From positions 192,001 through 256,000 of the forward strand of contig CAXXVZ010000003.1 in NCBI GenBank assembly GCA_963678065.2: DNA of 64,000 nt. Direction: 5' to 3'. Below the pieces are notes generated by a model that saw nothing but the letters and a program-made list of their open reading frames with translations, had not been told where the DNA came from and searched no databases. Source of the DNA: Treponemataceae bacterium. Lineage in GTDB: Bacteria > Spirochaetota > Spirochaetia > Treponematales > Rectinemataceae. Shown one piece after another: positions 30,625 to 40,867 of this stretch. The position numbers were made by a program, and so were the translations under genes. Every line of letters starts with the position of its first letter. The first letter of the stretch is position 1.

Positions 30625-31524
30625 ATGAACACGGAAACGGATCGGTTGCCGATGCCCCAGCCGAAGCAGAAACTTTCGCAGGAGAACCACTCACGGGCGG
30701 TGCTGGGCGAAAGCCTTGTCTATCCCGTCCTCTCGCGCCGCTCAGGCGGACTATCTGTCGGCATAAATCTCTTTCCTGACCGCAAGACCTGCTCCTTCGA
30801 CTGCCCCTACTGCGAGGTTTTCCCCTTCGAGTCTCCCGAGACCCGCGATCCGGCCGCTCTCCTTCAGAAGCTGGAGCGCGATGTCGACGATTTTCTTGGC
30901 CGCATATATCCGGACTCTTTCGCGCCGGAGCCCCTGCGCGACCTCTGCATCTCCGGGAACGGCGAACCGACTCTCTCGCCCTGCCTGGAGCCCTGCCTCG
31001 CCCTCCTCGAATCGGCCCGGAAGCGCCATCCGGAGATCCTCGCGGCGACGCCGACCGTCATCATCACCAATTCGACGGGATTCCTGAACTCCGCCACCCG
31101 GGAGCTTCTGTCCCGCTTCGCTTCGCTCGGCAGGCTCGATATCTGGGCCAAGCTCGACGCGGGCAGCCCCGGGGTATTCCGTCTCATGTCAGGATCGGGC
31201 TTCCGCCTCGACGAGGTCCTCGCTGGCCTTCTCGCTTTTTCTCAGAAGACGCCCGTCATCATCCAGAGCATGCTCTGCTCCGTAGGGGACTTCAGTCCGG
31301 GCAGGGCTGAAATCGAGGCGCGCGCCGCCCTCCTCGGAGAATTCGCCGGCCGCGGCGCCCTGATCCGCGAAGTCCATCTCTACACACTCTCTCGCGAGGC
31401 CTGCCACCCGGGAGTCCGTCCCGTCTGTGACGCGGAACTCCTCGAGGCCGCGCGCATCCTGTCGCGCGCCCTGCCTTCCGGCGTGCCGGTCAAAACCTTC
31501 GGGCCGCACGGACTACTCGTTTGA
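30625..31524 (+). CDS. Radical SAM protein
   Basis: YPVLSRRSGGLSVGINL, CSFDCPYC (CxxxCxxC), SGNGEPT. Confidence 0.9.
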   Translation: MNTETDRLPMPQPKQKLSQENHSRAVLGESLVYPVLSRRSGGLSVGINLFPDRKTCSFDCPYCEVFPFESPETRDPAALLQKLERDVDDFLGRIYPDSFAPEPLRDLCISGNGEPTLSPCLEPCLALLESARKRHPEILAATPTVIITNSTGFLNSATRELLSRFASLGRLDIWAKLDAGSPGVFRLMSGSGFRLDEVLAGLLAFSQKTPVIIQSMLCSVGDFSPGRAEIEARAALLGEFAGRGALIREVHLYTLSREACHPGVRPVCDAELLEAARILSRALPSGVPVKTFGPHGLLV

Positions 31525-32348
31525 TCGATCTGCACACCCATTCCACGGCCTCGGACGGCTGCCTTTCGCCCGCCGCCCTCATCGGGCTCGCCGCTGACTC
31601 GGGGCTCAGGCTGATAGCCCTCACCGACCACGACAGTCTCGAGGGCTTGCCGGAGGCCGAAGCTGCGGCCAGGGCGAAAGGCATCGGTTTCATACGGGGC
31701 ATCGAGATGGAAGTCGCCTGGGAACCCGGCGAATTTCACATGCTCGGACTCGACCTCGCCGACCTGGGCGGGGAACTCGCCGAAGCGACGCTGACCATGG
31801 CCCGTTCGCGCGGAAACCGCAATCGTCTCATCATGGACAAGATCAGGGAAGCGGGCATCCCCGCGACGATGGAGGAGCTCAGAACCCATGCGGGGGCGGG
31901 CAGCATAGGCCGTCCCCATTTCGCGGACATGCTCGTCAAGCGGAACGCGGCGCGGAACCGTCAGGACGCCTTCGACAAGTACCTTGCGAAGGGCAGACCC
32001 TTCTACCTCGCGAAGGAGTGTTTTCCCCTCACCGAAGTCATCCGCCTCATCCACGCGGCGGGCGGGCTCGCCATCGCCGCCCATCCCCTCTCTCTCTTCG
32101 TTTCCTGGGGACGCCTGCCTGGTATTCTGGACGAGTGGAAGGAGCTCGGAGTCGACGGCATCGAGGCCTACCATCCGACCGCAAAGCTCGGCCAATGCAG
32201 GCGCCTGGACGCCCTCGGCAGGGCCCGGGGATTCCGGATAACGGCGGGCTCGGACTACCACGGCAACCGCAGGCCCGAGCGCCGCCTCGGCCACACCGCG
32301 GGGAAACTGCCGATAGCGGACAGCTATCTCGACGAAATAGCCCGCTAG
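31521..32348 (+). CDS. PHP-domain phosphoesterase (TrpH/YciV-like)
   Basis: IDLHTHSTASDG, ALTDHD, GRPHFA, AHP, GSDYHG. Confidence 0.93.
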   Translation: MIDLHTHSTASDGCLSPAALIGLAADSGLRLIALTDHDSLEGLPEAEAAARAKGIGFIRGIEMEVAWEPGEFHMLGLDLADLGGELAEATLTMARSRGNRNRLIMDKIREAGIPATMEELRTHAGAGSIGRPHFADMLVKRNAARNRQDAFDKYLAKGRPFYLAKECFPLTEVIRLIHAAGGLAIAAHPLSLFVSWGRLPGILDEWKELGVDGIEAYHPTAKLGQCRRLDALGRARGFRITAGSDYHGNRRPERRLGHTAGKLPIADSYLDEIAR

Positions 32349-32374
32349 TTCCCCTCCATCACACCCTACACACC

Positions 32375-33484
32375 TTATTCCTCCTTGTCTGCGGAAGCTT
32401 TTTCCTCTCCTTGTGTGTTGCCGTCGTAGCTGTCGAAGAGTTCCGCCGCCGAGAAGAAGAGGATCAGGATGAGAGGCCCGAGCACGAGGCCGTTGAAGCC
32501 GAAAAAGCTCAGGCCGCCGAGGATCGAGAAGAAAATCAGAAGGGGGTGGATCTTGAGCCTGTCGCCGAGCAGAAGGGGTCTGATGAAGTTGTCCAGCGAA
32601 GAGACCATGACGGCCGAGCAGACTGCGAAGGCCAGAGCCTTCGCCAGGTTGCCTCCGAGAGCGATGATGACGGCGAGGGGCATCCAGACCAGGGCAGTGC
32701 CCGCCATCGGAATGAAGGAGGCCACCGCGGTCAGCGACGCGAGGACGAGGGTGTTCTTGATGCCGAATATCAGGCACACGATGAACATCATCACTGCCTG
32801 GAAGAGCGAAACCAGGAAAAACCCGACGATGAGCTGCCTGCCGGATTCGCGCAGCTTCGCGAGGAACATCGTGGAGTAGGTGCGATCGATCGGGAGGGCT
32901 CCCACGACGACTTTGGCGAGATGCTTGCCGTCGACCAGAAGAAAGTACAGGGTGAAGACCATGAAGGCCAGGGTCAGCCCCAGCCCGAGGAGGTTCTTGA
33001 TGAGGGTCCCCGAGAACCCGATGATCTTGCCCGAACTGGCCGAGAGGAAGTGCTTGACCTCCGTGATGAAGTTGACGGATGAGAGGTCGACGCCTCCCCC
33101 CGAAATCCGGTAGATGAAGCCACCTATCGGGCTCGCGGGCGAAAGGTCGAGAATTTCGGGCTTCGCCTCGATCGTCGCGAGGAAGTTTCTTGCGATATCT
33201 CCGACCTGCCGCACGAGGGAGATGCCGAGGAAGACCGTGGGCACGACGAGGATGGTGACTCCCGCCAGCGAGAGGATGCCGGCCCAGACAGAGCGGGAAA
33301 AGCCGCCGCGCGAGATCCCGTTTTTCCGCGTCGTGAGACGCTCGAAGAGGGGATCCATGAAGCCGTAGATGAGGCCGGACCAGAGGATGATCGTGAGGAA
33401 GGGATAGAAGAGTCTGGCCACCAAGAGGAAGAGGGCTATGAAAAAAATGAGAAAAATCTGTTTTCTGACCGTTCTGCCCGCCAT
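32375..33484 (-). CDS. AI-2E family transporter
   Basis: Multiple TM helices; SFIPMAGTALVW, DNFIRP, HPLLIFFSILGG...FGFNGLVLGP. Confidence 0.92.
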   Translation of the reverse strand: MAGRTVRKQIFLIFFIALFLLVARLFYPFLTIILWSGLIYGFMDPLFERLTTRKNGISRGGFSRSVWAGILSLAGVTILVVPTVFLGISLVRQVGDIARNFLATIEAKPEILDLSPASPIGGFIYRISGGGVDLSSVNFITEVKHFLSASSGKIIGFSGTLIKNLLGLGLTLAFMVFTLYFLLVDGKHLAKVVVGALPIDRTYSTMFLAKLRESGRQLIVGFFLVSLFQAVMMFIVCLIFGIKNTLVLASLTAVASFIPMAGTALVWMPLAVIIALGGNLAKALAFAVCSAVMVSSLDNFIRPLLLGDRLKIHPLLIFFSILGGLSFFGFNGLVLGPLILILFFSAAELFDSYDGNTQGEEKASADKEE

Positions 33485-33598
33485 GCCTGCCCGCCTTTCA
33501 TCTGCGATATTTTTAGTATATCGCCAAAGCGCGTTCATCGCCAGCGCGTTTCCTTCCAGCTTGACCCCCGAAGGGCCCGGCCTCCATACTGGGTGGAT

Positions 33599-34279
33599 AT
33601 GGGAACACTTTTTCTTGTGGCTACCCCGATAGGCAATCTCGGCGATATAACCCTGCGGGCCCTCGAAACCCTCAAGGATGTCGACACGGTCGCCTGCGAG
33701 GACACGCGGCATACACTCAAACTGCTCACACACTTCGGAATCCGCAAGAGCCTCGTCTCCTGCCACGCCAACGACGAGGAGAGAGGGATCGTGCGCATTC
33801 TCGGAATGCTTGCCGAGGGCAAGAAGGTGGCCTTCTGCAGCGACGCCGGCACGCCTGGCATCTCGGACCCCGGAACGAGGCTCGCGTCCTCGGCCCGCGC
33901 CGCCGGCCATTTGGTCATTCCCATCCCCGGCGTGAGCGCCTTCGCCGCGCTCGTGAGCGCCGCCGGCGTCGGTGGCCGCTCCTACCTCTTCGATGGCTTC
34001 CCCTCCCCGAAGAGCGGCAAACGGAAGAGCCGCGTCGCCGAACTCATGGCGAGGGAGGAATCTTTCGTCATGTACGAGTCGCCGCACCGCCTCGCTCGCC
34101 TTCTCGCGGACATCGCCTCCGTCGATCCCACCCGCAGGATCTGTGTCGGCAGAGAGATGACCAAGATCCACGAAGAGTTCGTCTCGGGCAGCGCCGCCGA
34201 AGTCTCCGCGGTTTTTCAGGCGCAAGAAACCGTCCGCGGAGAATGTGCGGTACTTGTCGCCGGTCCTGAAGTGTCGTAG
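33599..34279 (+). CDS. rsmI: 16S rRNA (cytidine1402-2'-O)-methyltransferase
   Basis: LVATPIGNLGDITLRA, CEDTR, SDAGTPGISDPG, YESPHR, REMTKIHEE. Confidence 0.97.
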   Translation: MGTLFLVATPIGNLGDITLRALETLKDVDTVACEDTRHTLKLLTHFGIRKSLVSCHANDEERGIVRILGMLAEGKKVAFCSDAGTPGISDPGTRLASSARAAGHLVIPIPGVSAFAALVSAAGVGGRSYLFDGFPSPKSGKRKSRVAELMAREESFVMYESPHRLARLLADIASVDPTRRICVGREMTKIHEEFVSGSAAEVSAVFQAQETVRGECAVLVAGPEVS

Positions 34280-34288
34280 AATAATTCC

Positions 34289-34576
34289 ATGATGATAGAC
34301 CGCCTTGGCTCGACGGGCTCTGTCCCGCACCTCGATTCCGCCGCACGGAATGTCTCGCGCGTGGCGGAGGCCAAGGGTGACTCCGTATCCATCTCGGACG
34401 AAGGCCTCAAGCGGGCAGAGTTCTTCAGGACGGCGGAAATAGTCCACGCGGAGGCGGACGTCAGGGCCGGCCGCGTCGCAGAAATCAGGGCGAAGCTCGC
34501 CGACCCCGCCTATCTCTCATCCATCGTTCTGGAAAAGACGGCGGACCGCATCATTGACCAACTCCTCGGCCGCTGA
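34289..34576 (+). CDS. flgM: Anti-sigma-28 factor FlgM
   Basis: 95 aa with DSVSIS.E and DVRAGRVAEIRAKL...Y pattern. Confidence 0.8.
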   Translation: MMIDRLGSTGSVPHLDSAARNVSRVAEAKGDSVSISDEGLKRAEFFRTAEIVHAEADVRAGRVAEIRAKLADPAYLSSIVLEKTADRIIDQLLGR

Positions 34577-34639
34577 ACTCGGCTTTCCATCGACATTTCC
34601 GGCTCGAGCCCGATTTAAACCCTTCCGCGGTACCACGCC

Positions 34640-35458
34640 ATGATTCCCCTCCAGAAGCTTCTCCGCCTCCCCGGCCGGGCCCGCCTCAGAAAGGCGGCCC
34701 TCGTCCTCACCGAGATCCAGAGCGGACTCATGGCGGGACGATACGGAGAGCCTGAGTTCGATTACGCCAGGAAGCTCGCCGCCGCCCTCGCTGCCGATCC
34801 CGTCACTCCTGAAGCCACCACCCGAGCCTGCCTCGTCTTGCTGGCGGACGGGCAGTCCGGAGGGATATCCGCCGACAGGCGCTCCGGCGACCAACCCGGG
34901 CTCCGGGGTCTGGACTGCCTCCGCCATGCTCTCATGTCCGACACCGGCCAAAGCCCGGCCGACTGGGACCTCATCGATCCGGCCATGGGGAGGCTCTCCG
35001 CGCCACGCGGCAGCTCTCTGCCCGGCATGAAGGTCTACTGCGAGGACATCCGCTCGCCCTTCAATCTCGGTTCCATCTTTCGCACCGCCGATGCCTTCGG
35101 CGCCGGGGAACTCATTCTCTCGCCCGGCTGCGCCGACCCGGCCCACTCCCGCTGCGCACGCTCCGCGATGGGGGCGACTGGTGCCATTCCCCACAGCAGA
35201 GCCGCCCTTGAGACCCTGGTGGCCAACGGACCCGCCTTCGCCCTCGAGCTCGGCGGCACCGATATCGCGGATTTCGAATTTCCTCGGGCGGGCATCGTCG
35301 TCCTCGGCTCGGAGGAACTCGGCGTCTCGCCCGAAGCTCTCAGACTCTGCGGTCTCGGAAGGGTCTCGATCCCCATGATTGGCGCCAAAGGTTCACTCAA
35401 CGTCGCCGTCGCCTTCGGCATCCTCCTTCACGCCTGGCGCTCATCCCTCGGATTCTAG
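34640..35458 (+). CDS. TrmH/SpoU family RNA methyltransferase
   Basis: DIRSPFNLGSIFRTADAFG, VLGSEELGVS, IPM.G...SLNVAVA. Confidence 0.93.
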   Translation: MIPLQKLLRLPGRARLRKAALVLTEIQSGLMAGRYGEPEFDYARKLAAALAADPVTPEATTRACLVLLADGQSGGISADRRSGDQPGLRGLDCLRHALMSDTGQSPADWDLIDPAMGRLSAPRGSSLPGMKVYCEDIRSPFNLGSIFRTADAFGAGELILSPGCADPAHSRCARSAMGATGAIPHSRAALETLVANGPAFALELGGTDIADFEFPRAGIVVLGSEELGVSPEALRLCGLGRVSIPMIGAKGSLNVAVAFGILLHAWRSSLGF

Positions 35459-35525
35459 TTCCGCGCGGGAGGGACTTGAGATCCCCAAGCAGATTATTTC
35501 CAATCAAAAATGCCCGATCCTGACA

Positions 35526-35562
35526 ATTCCCGTTTGACGGGAATGGCGAGACCGTGTAAAAT
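35526..35562 (+). promoter_or_regulatory. Sigma70 promoter with a palindrome over the -35
   Basis: TTGACG (35534)-17 nt-TAAAAT (35557); ATTCCCGT-TTG-ACGGGAAT dyad at 35526-35544. Confidence 0.7.
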
Positions 35563-35596
35563 CTGAAAACTAACATAACTCTCCATTGGAGGAATC

Positions 35597-36715
<1,119 letters not shown>

Positions 36716-36947
36716 GACGGAACAGGGCGGCGGAGAGCGATCCGCCTGAGCATCCACGACAGGGCACTCCGGAAGGGGTGCCCTGTCCGTTTCCCGCGAC
36801 CACTCTTGCAGATGGCCACGGTTGTTGCACAGCCGTACGCGGCAAAACAAAGAAAAGGCCCGCCCCTTCGGGCAGGCCTCGTATAATGACGCTGGGGAAA
36901 GACCCTGCGGACCGGTGCCGGAGGCTGGATGCCCCCCGGGTCCGGTT

Positions 36948-37064
36948 TTACTCCACGGAAGAACTCTTCGAATCCTTCTTCGACTTCTTTTCCGCTCTTT
37001 TTTCCTTCAGCGTCTTCTGCGGCTTCTTTTTTTCAGAAGTCTTCGGTTTGTCCTGCGATTTCAT
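36948..37064 (-). CDS. Small Lys-rich protein, 38 aa (MKSQDKPKTSEKKKPQKTLKEKRAEKKSKKDSKSSSVE)
   Basis: Strong SD AAGGAGGTG just upstream of the ATG; below the ORF-track length cutoff. Confidence 0.75.
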   Translation of the reverse strand: MKSQDKPKTSEKKKPQKTLKEKRAEKKSKKDSKSSSVE

Positions 37065-37191
37065 GAAGCACCTCCTTCTGGGGTTCCGGAGAGTCCGGAG
37101 CCATGAGTTAACCTAAGTGTATCCCGCCACGGGGACTTTGCAAAGCGTCTGCGCAATAAAAAGAAGGCGGGCAGCGCTCAATCCATTCCGC

Positions 37192-38553
37192 TCAGGATCC
37201 GGACCCATTTTTCTGCGCGGCCGCCTCGCCGCCCGTCACTCTGCCCATCACGAACCAGGCTGCTACCATGCACAGCGAACAAAAGAGGAAGATGCCCCGG
37301 TAGCCGGTCAGGTCGATGATGCTGCCCGTGATGATCGGCGCGAGAATGGCCGCGAGCTGGCTCGCGGTGTAATACAGCCCCGTGTACACACCCATCGTCC
37401 CCCAGCTCGCCATCTGCCAGAGCATGGGGAAGGAGTTCGTGACCACAGAGACCCAGAATACGCCGAAGAGGAACATGATGCCCCAGAAGCTGAAAAGCCT
37501 GAGGGATGATCCGAGTCCGCTGGTGACGGGATCGTGGAGGAAGAGACAGAAAGTCAGGATCGCGATGGCGACGAGCGAGACACGGATGGTTCTCTTGCGC
37601 CCGAAACGGTGCGCGAAGTAGCCCGAAGGTATGGCGAAGAGGGCGTAGGCGATGCCGACCATTCCCGCCGCCAGGGCCGCCGTCCCGCTCGAGGTTCCGA
37701 GCACGTCGATGCTGTACTTCCCGATGAAAGGCAGAACGCCCTGGTAGCCGAGGAACCACAGGAAGAGGGAAATGAGGATGAAGAGGGCGCTCTTGTCCTT
37801 CGATGTCGCGACAGCTTTGAAGGATGCGAAAATGGGGACTTTCTTTTCGGAATCCGGACTCTCGGCAGAAACGGCGCTGTCAGCATTTTTCCCGGCCCCG
37901 CCGGTCGACCTGGCTCCCCCGGAGATTCCGCGCTTCTCCTTCACGAAGAGGAAGAGGAGGATGACGGCGAAGATGACGAAGAGTCCCGCGAGCGGGAAGG
38001 GCAGGCGGTCTTTCGTGCTCCCGAGGATGGGCAGGACTGTGTCGACATCCATGAGCCGCGCCAGCCCGATCGTCCCGACAATGCTCGCGATGCCGCCCAT
38101 CGTGTTGATGACGCCGTTCGCCTCCGAGCGGTATTCGCCCGGAATGATGTCCGGCATGAGTGCGACGACGGGGCCGCGCGCGGACTGTTTCACGAGGTTC
38201 AGCGCGAAGATCATGGCGACGAGGGCAAGGAGGGAGACCCCGGCCGCGTAGGGCAGAAGCCCGAAGAAGAGAGCCGTTATCGGTAACAGCACGAGGATGA
38301 AGGGCATGCGTCTGCCGATCCTCGTCGAGGCCTTGTCCGATAAAACCGAGACTAAGGGGATGAGAAAGAGCGCGAAGATGTTGTCCAGGGTCATGAGGAA
38401 TCCGACCACGCTCATCTTCGACACGTACTTCCCGAGGAAAATCGGCGTGTAGGTGTCGTAGAGCGGGTCCATGAGACCCATGGTGAAGAAGCCGAAACCG
38501 ATGAGGAAGGTGATCCCCATCCAGGGCCCGAAACCTTTTTTCGCTGATGCCAT
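37192..38553 (-). CDS. MFS sugar transporter
   Basis: About 12 TM helices; SD..STRIGRRMPFI, VALMPDI.P...RSEANG.IN; adjacent to galactokinase. Confidence 0.9.
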   Translation of the reverse strand: MASAKKGFGPWMGITFLIGFGFFTMGLMDPLYDTYTPIFLGKYVSKMSVVGFLMTLDNIFALFLIPLVSVLSDKASTRIGRRMPFILVLLPITALFFGLLPYAAGVSLLALVAMIFALNLVKQSARGPVVALMPDIIPGEYRSEANGVINTMGGIASIVGTIGLARLMDVDTVLPILGSTKDRLPFPLAGLFVIFAVILLFLFVKEKRGISGGARSTGGAGKNADSAVSAESPDSEKKVPIFASFKAVATSKDKSALFILISLFLWFLGYQGVLPFIGKYSIDVLGTSSGTAALAAGMVGIAYALFAIPSGYFAHRFGRKRTIRVSLVAIAILTFCLFLHDPVTSGLGSSLRLFSFWGIMFLFGVFWVSVVTNSFPMLWQMASWGTMGVYTGLYYTASQLAAILAPIITGSIIDLTGYRGIFLFCSLCMVAAWFVMGRVTGGEAAAQKNGSGS

Positions 38554-38637
38554 GATCACTCCTTGTGCCTATCCCTTAAGCGGATTCGCGCGTCAGGGCA
38601 GCTGCGGGCTGGTCCGAACCGCGCGTCGGAACACCCT

Positions 38638-39969
38638 TCAGAACACCCGTATCGCTCCCGGCGCGCGCACCGCGATGGGGATCACCCGCCCCGGGCCGAA
38701 GCAGGATTCGAGAAGTCCCGTGTAGTCTCCCATGAGGGCGAGAGGTACATATGCCTGTATCGTGCCCGCGAAGCCTCCGCCGTGGACGCGGCTGACCACG
38801 GTCCGGCCGGCGGAGTCAGACCCGAGACTCTCGGAGAGAGCGAGTCCCACGCAGGGCCCCTGCTCCCGCGGCGAATGGGGCGCGCTCAGGTTCTGCAAGA
38901 ACCGCCAGGACGAGTCCCCCGAGGCGCGCACGAGGGCGAAATACTCGTCGAGCCTGCCCGATTTCAGCGCCTCCGTCATAAGAGGAACCCTCGCGTTTTC
39001 CCGCGCGAAATGAAATGCCCTGAGGAATGCCCTGTCCCCCGCGGCGGCCCGTATCGCCTGAGCCGACGAGAGGATGAGTCCGGGATCGACATCGCGGAGG
39101 AAACCAGCATCGAAGACTGCCGCGGCCGCCTTCATGTCGGCGGGGATCGAGGCGTAATCCGCCGTCAGGTCGGCGTGGCTCCCGCCCGTGTCCACAACGA
39201 CGAGGGCATAGCCCTTCCGCTCAAAGTCGTACTCGATCTTCTCGACGACGGGACTGGACGGATCCGCGAAATCGATCTGCGCGATTCCGCCGACAGCGCT
39301 CGCCGTCTGGTCCATGAGGCCGCTTGGTTTCCCGAAATAGACATTTTCGGCATACTGCCCGATCTTCGCGATGTCGACCGGACTGACCTTCACCCCCGCG
39401 AGATCGGCCATGATGGTGCCGAAGAGGACCTCGATCGCCGCCGAACTCGACAGGCCCGAGCCCTGGAGAACCTCGGACTGGATCACTGCGTCGAAGCCGC
39501 ACAAGCCGGCTCCCGTGCGCGAAAGATGGCGCTCCGAGAGTCCGCGCGCGACGCCGCGCGCCAGAGCCTGTGTGGTGCCGGCCTCCTCGGGCCTCGCTTC
39601 GAGCGAGCGCAGGTCGATTTCGATGGGGCGGGCATAGCCCTTCGAGACGATGTGCACGATCGGGTCTTTCCGCGGCGCGACAGCGGCGACGGCGTCGAGC
39701 CTGACTGCCGCACAGAGTACCCTTCCATGGTTGTGATCCGTATGGTTCCCGCCGAGCTCGGTCCGGCCGGGCGCCGAATAGAAGCGGAAGCCTGGATTGC
39801 GGCCGCCTGCCGGAAGGCTGACCGCGAGATCCTCCACGAGCCGTCTGTAGCGTTCCAGAGCCGGAGCGACCCCTCTCTCTCCGTACATCGCCGCGAGAGT
39901 CCTCAAAAGCTCGGGATTTTTGCCGTCCGGTCCGAAATCAGCCCGGTTGTCCATGTCCAGCGTTTCCAT
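38638..39969 (-). CDS. galK: Galactokinase
   Basis: SAPGRTELGGNHTDHN, GSGLSSSAA, GLMDQ, RVHGGGFAG. Confidence 0.92.
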   Translation of the reverse strand: METLDMDNRADFGPDGKNPELLRTLAAMYGERGVAPALERYRRLVEDLAVSLPAGGRNPGFRFYSAPGRTELGGNHTDHNHGRVLCAAVRLDAVAAVAPRKDPIVHIVSKGYARPIEIDLRSLEARPEEAGTTQALARGVARGLSERHLSRTGAGLCGFDAVIQSEVLQGSGLSSSAAIEVLFGTIMADLAGVKVSPVDIAKIGQYAENVYFGKPSGLMDQTASAVGGIAQIDFADPSSPVVEKIEYDFERKGYALVVVDTGGSHADLTADYASIPADMKAAAAVFDAGFLRDVDPGLILSSAQAIRAAAGDRAFLRAFHFARENARVPLMTEALKSGRLDEYFALVRASGDSSWRFLQNLSAPHSPREQGPCVGLALSESLGSDSAGRTVVSRVHGGGFAGTIQAYVPLALMGDYTGLLESCFGPGRVIPIAVRAPGAIRVF

Positions 39970-40201
39970 CCGATTCCATCCACCTTGAGGTCCGGTCTGA
40001 AGACCGCGGAGTAGGCGCGAAAGACGGATTCTCGCTGGAACCCGGCGCCGAAATCGAGTTTACCCGAATACGGAAGGCAAGAAAAGGGAATACCATCGAA
40101 GATCGGCAATTCGAGGACGGAAGCGGCGTGCGGCCGCGAAAGGCTCAAAGGTCGCCACGCCGCCATCCGGGACGGAGCTCTTCGTCTCTCGCCCCGATAC
40201 G

Positions 40202-40717
40202 CTAGGGTTTCACGCTCGCCACGGTCCTGAACGCGAGCTCCACATAGTGCCTCGCGCGCTCCGCTATCGAGTCGACCTCCTCGTCTGTCAGCGGGCGTGC
40301 GGCTTTTGCGGGGCTGCCGATGATGAGGCTGCGGGGCGGAAAACTCTTGCCTCCGGTGACGAGCGCTCCGGCGCCCACGATCGATTCCTTCCCGATCACC
40401 GCCCCGTCGAGCACGATGGCGCCCATGCCGATGAGGCACCTGTCCCCGATCGTGCAGGCGTGCACGATGGCGCCATGCCCCACGGTGATATCTTTTCCGA
40501 GAAAGCAGGGCATGCCATCCGACACATGGAGCACAGCCCCATCCTGGATGTTCGACCTGTCCCCGATCCGGATCGCCGCGACATCGCCCCGGAGCGTCGC
40601 GTTGTACCAGACCGAGACATCCTGACCGAGTTCGACATCGCCCGAAATGTCAGAGTTCCACGCGATGAATGAGGCATCCCGCACAATGGGTTCCCGCCCC
40701 TCGAATCCATGCACCAT
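40202..40717 (-). CDS. Gamma carbonic anhydrase family protein
   Basis: GDV.LG..VSVWYNATLRGD, NIQDGAVLH, TVGHGAIVHAC hexapeptide repeats. Confidence 0.93.
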   Translation of the reverse strand: MVHGFEGREPIVRDASFIAWNSDISGDVELGQDVSVWYNATLRGDVAAIRIGDRSNIQDGAVLHVSDGMPCFLGKDITVGHGAIVHACTIGDRCLIGMGAIVLDGAVIGKESIVGAGALVTGGKSFPPRSLIIGSPAKAARPLTDEEVDSIAERARHYVELAFRTVASVKP

Positions 40718-40793
40718 ACCGGCCTCCCGATCCCCCCCGCCCGGCTTTCCGGGCAAGAGGGGCTCTCCCGCTCCGCCTGCAAGCTTTGGGCAT

Positions 40794-40821
40794 AAAAAAG
40801 CCACCCCAGTGTGGGGTGGCC
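40794..40821 (-). terminator. Rho-independent terminator downstream of the FMN-binding protein gene
   Basis: On the minus strand: GCCACCCC-ACACT-GGGGTGGC-TTTTTT. Confidence 0.8.
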
Positions 40822-40867
40822 GGTATCGGGCGGTCAATGGCCTTTTCAGCGGACCCGCATAAGGTAT

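Noticed and set aside
34240..34289. Sigma-28 promoter for flgM
   Set aside because: No TAAA-N15-GCCGATAA-like match seen; only a sigma70-like TAGAAT.
33485..34447. 690-aa ORF as an N-terminally extended AI-2E transporter
   Set aside because: The extension is antisense to rsmI and flgM; the transporter begins at about 33484.
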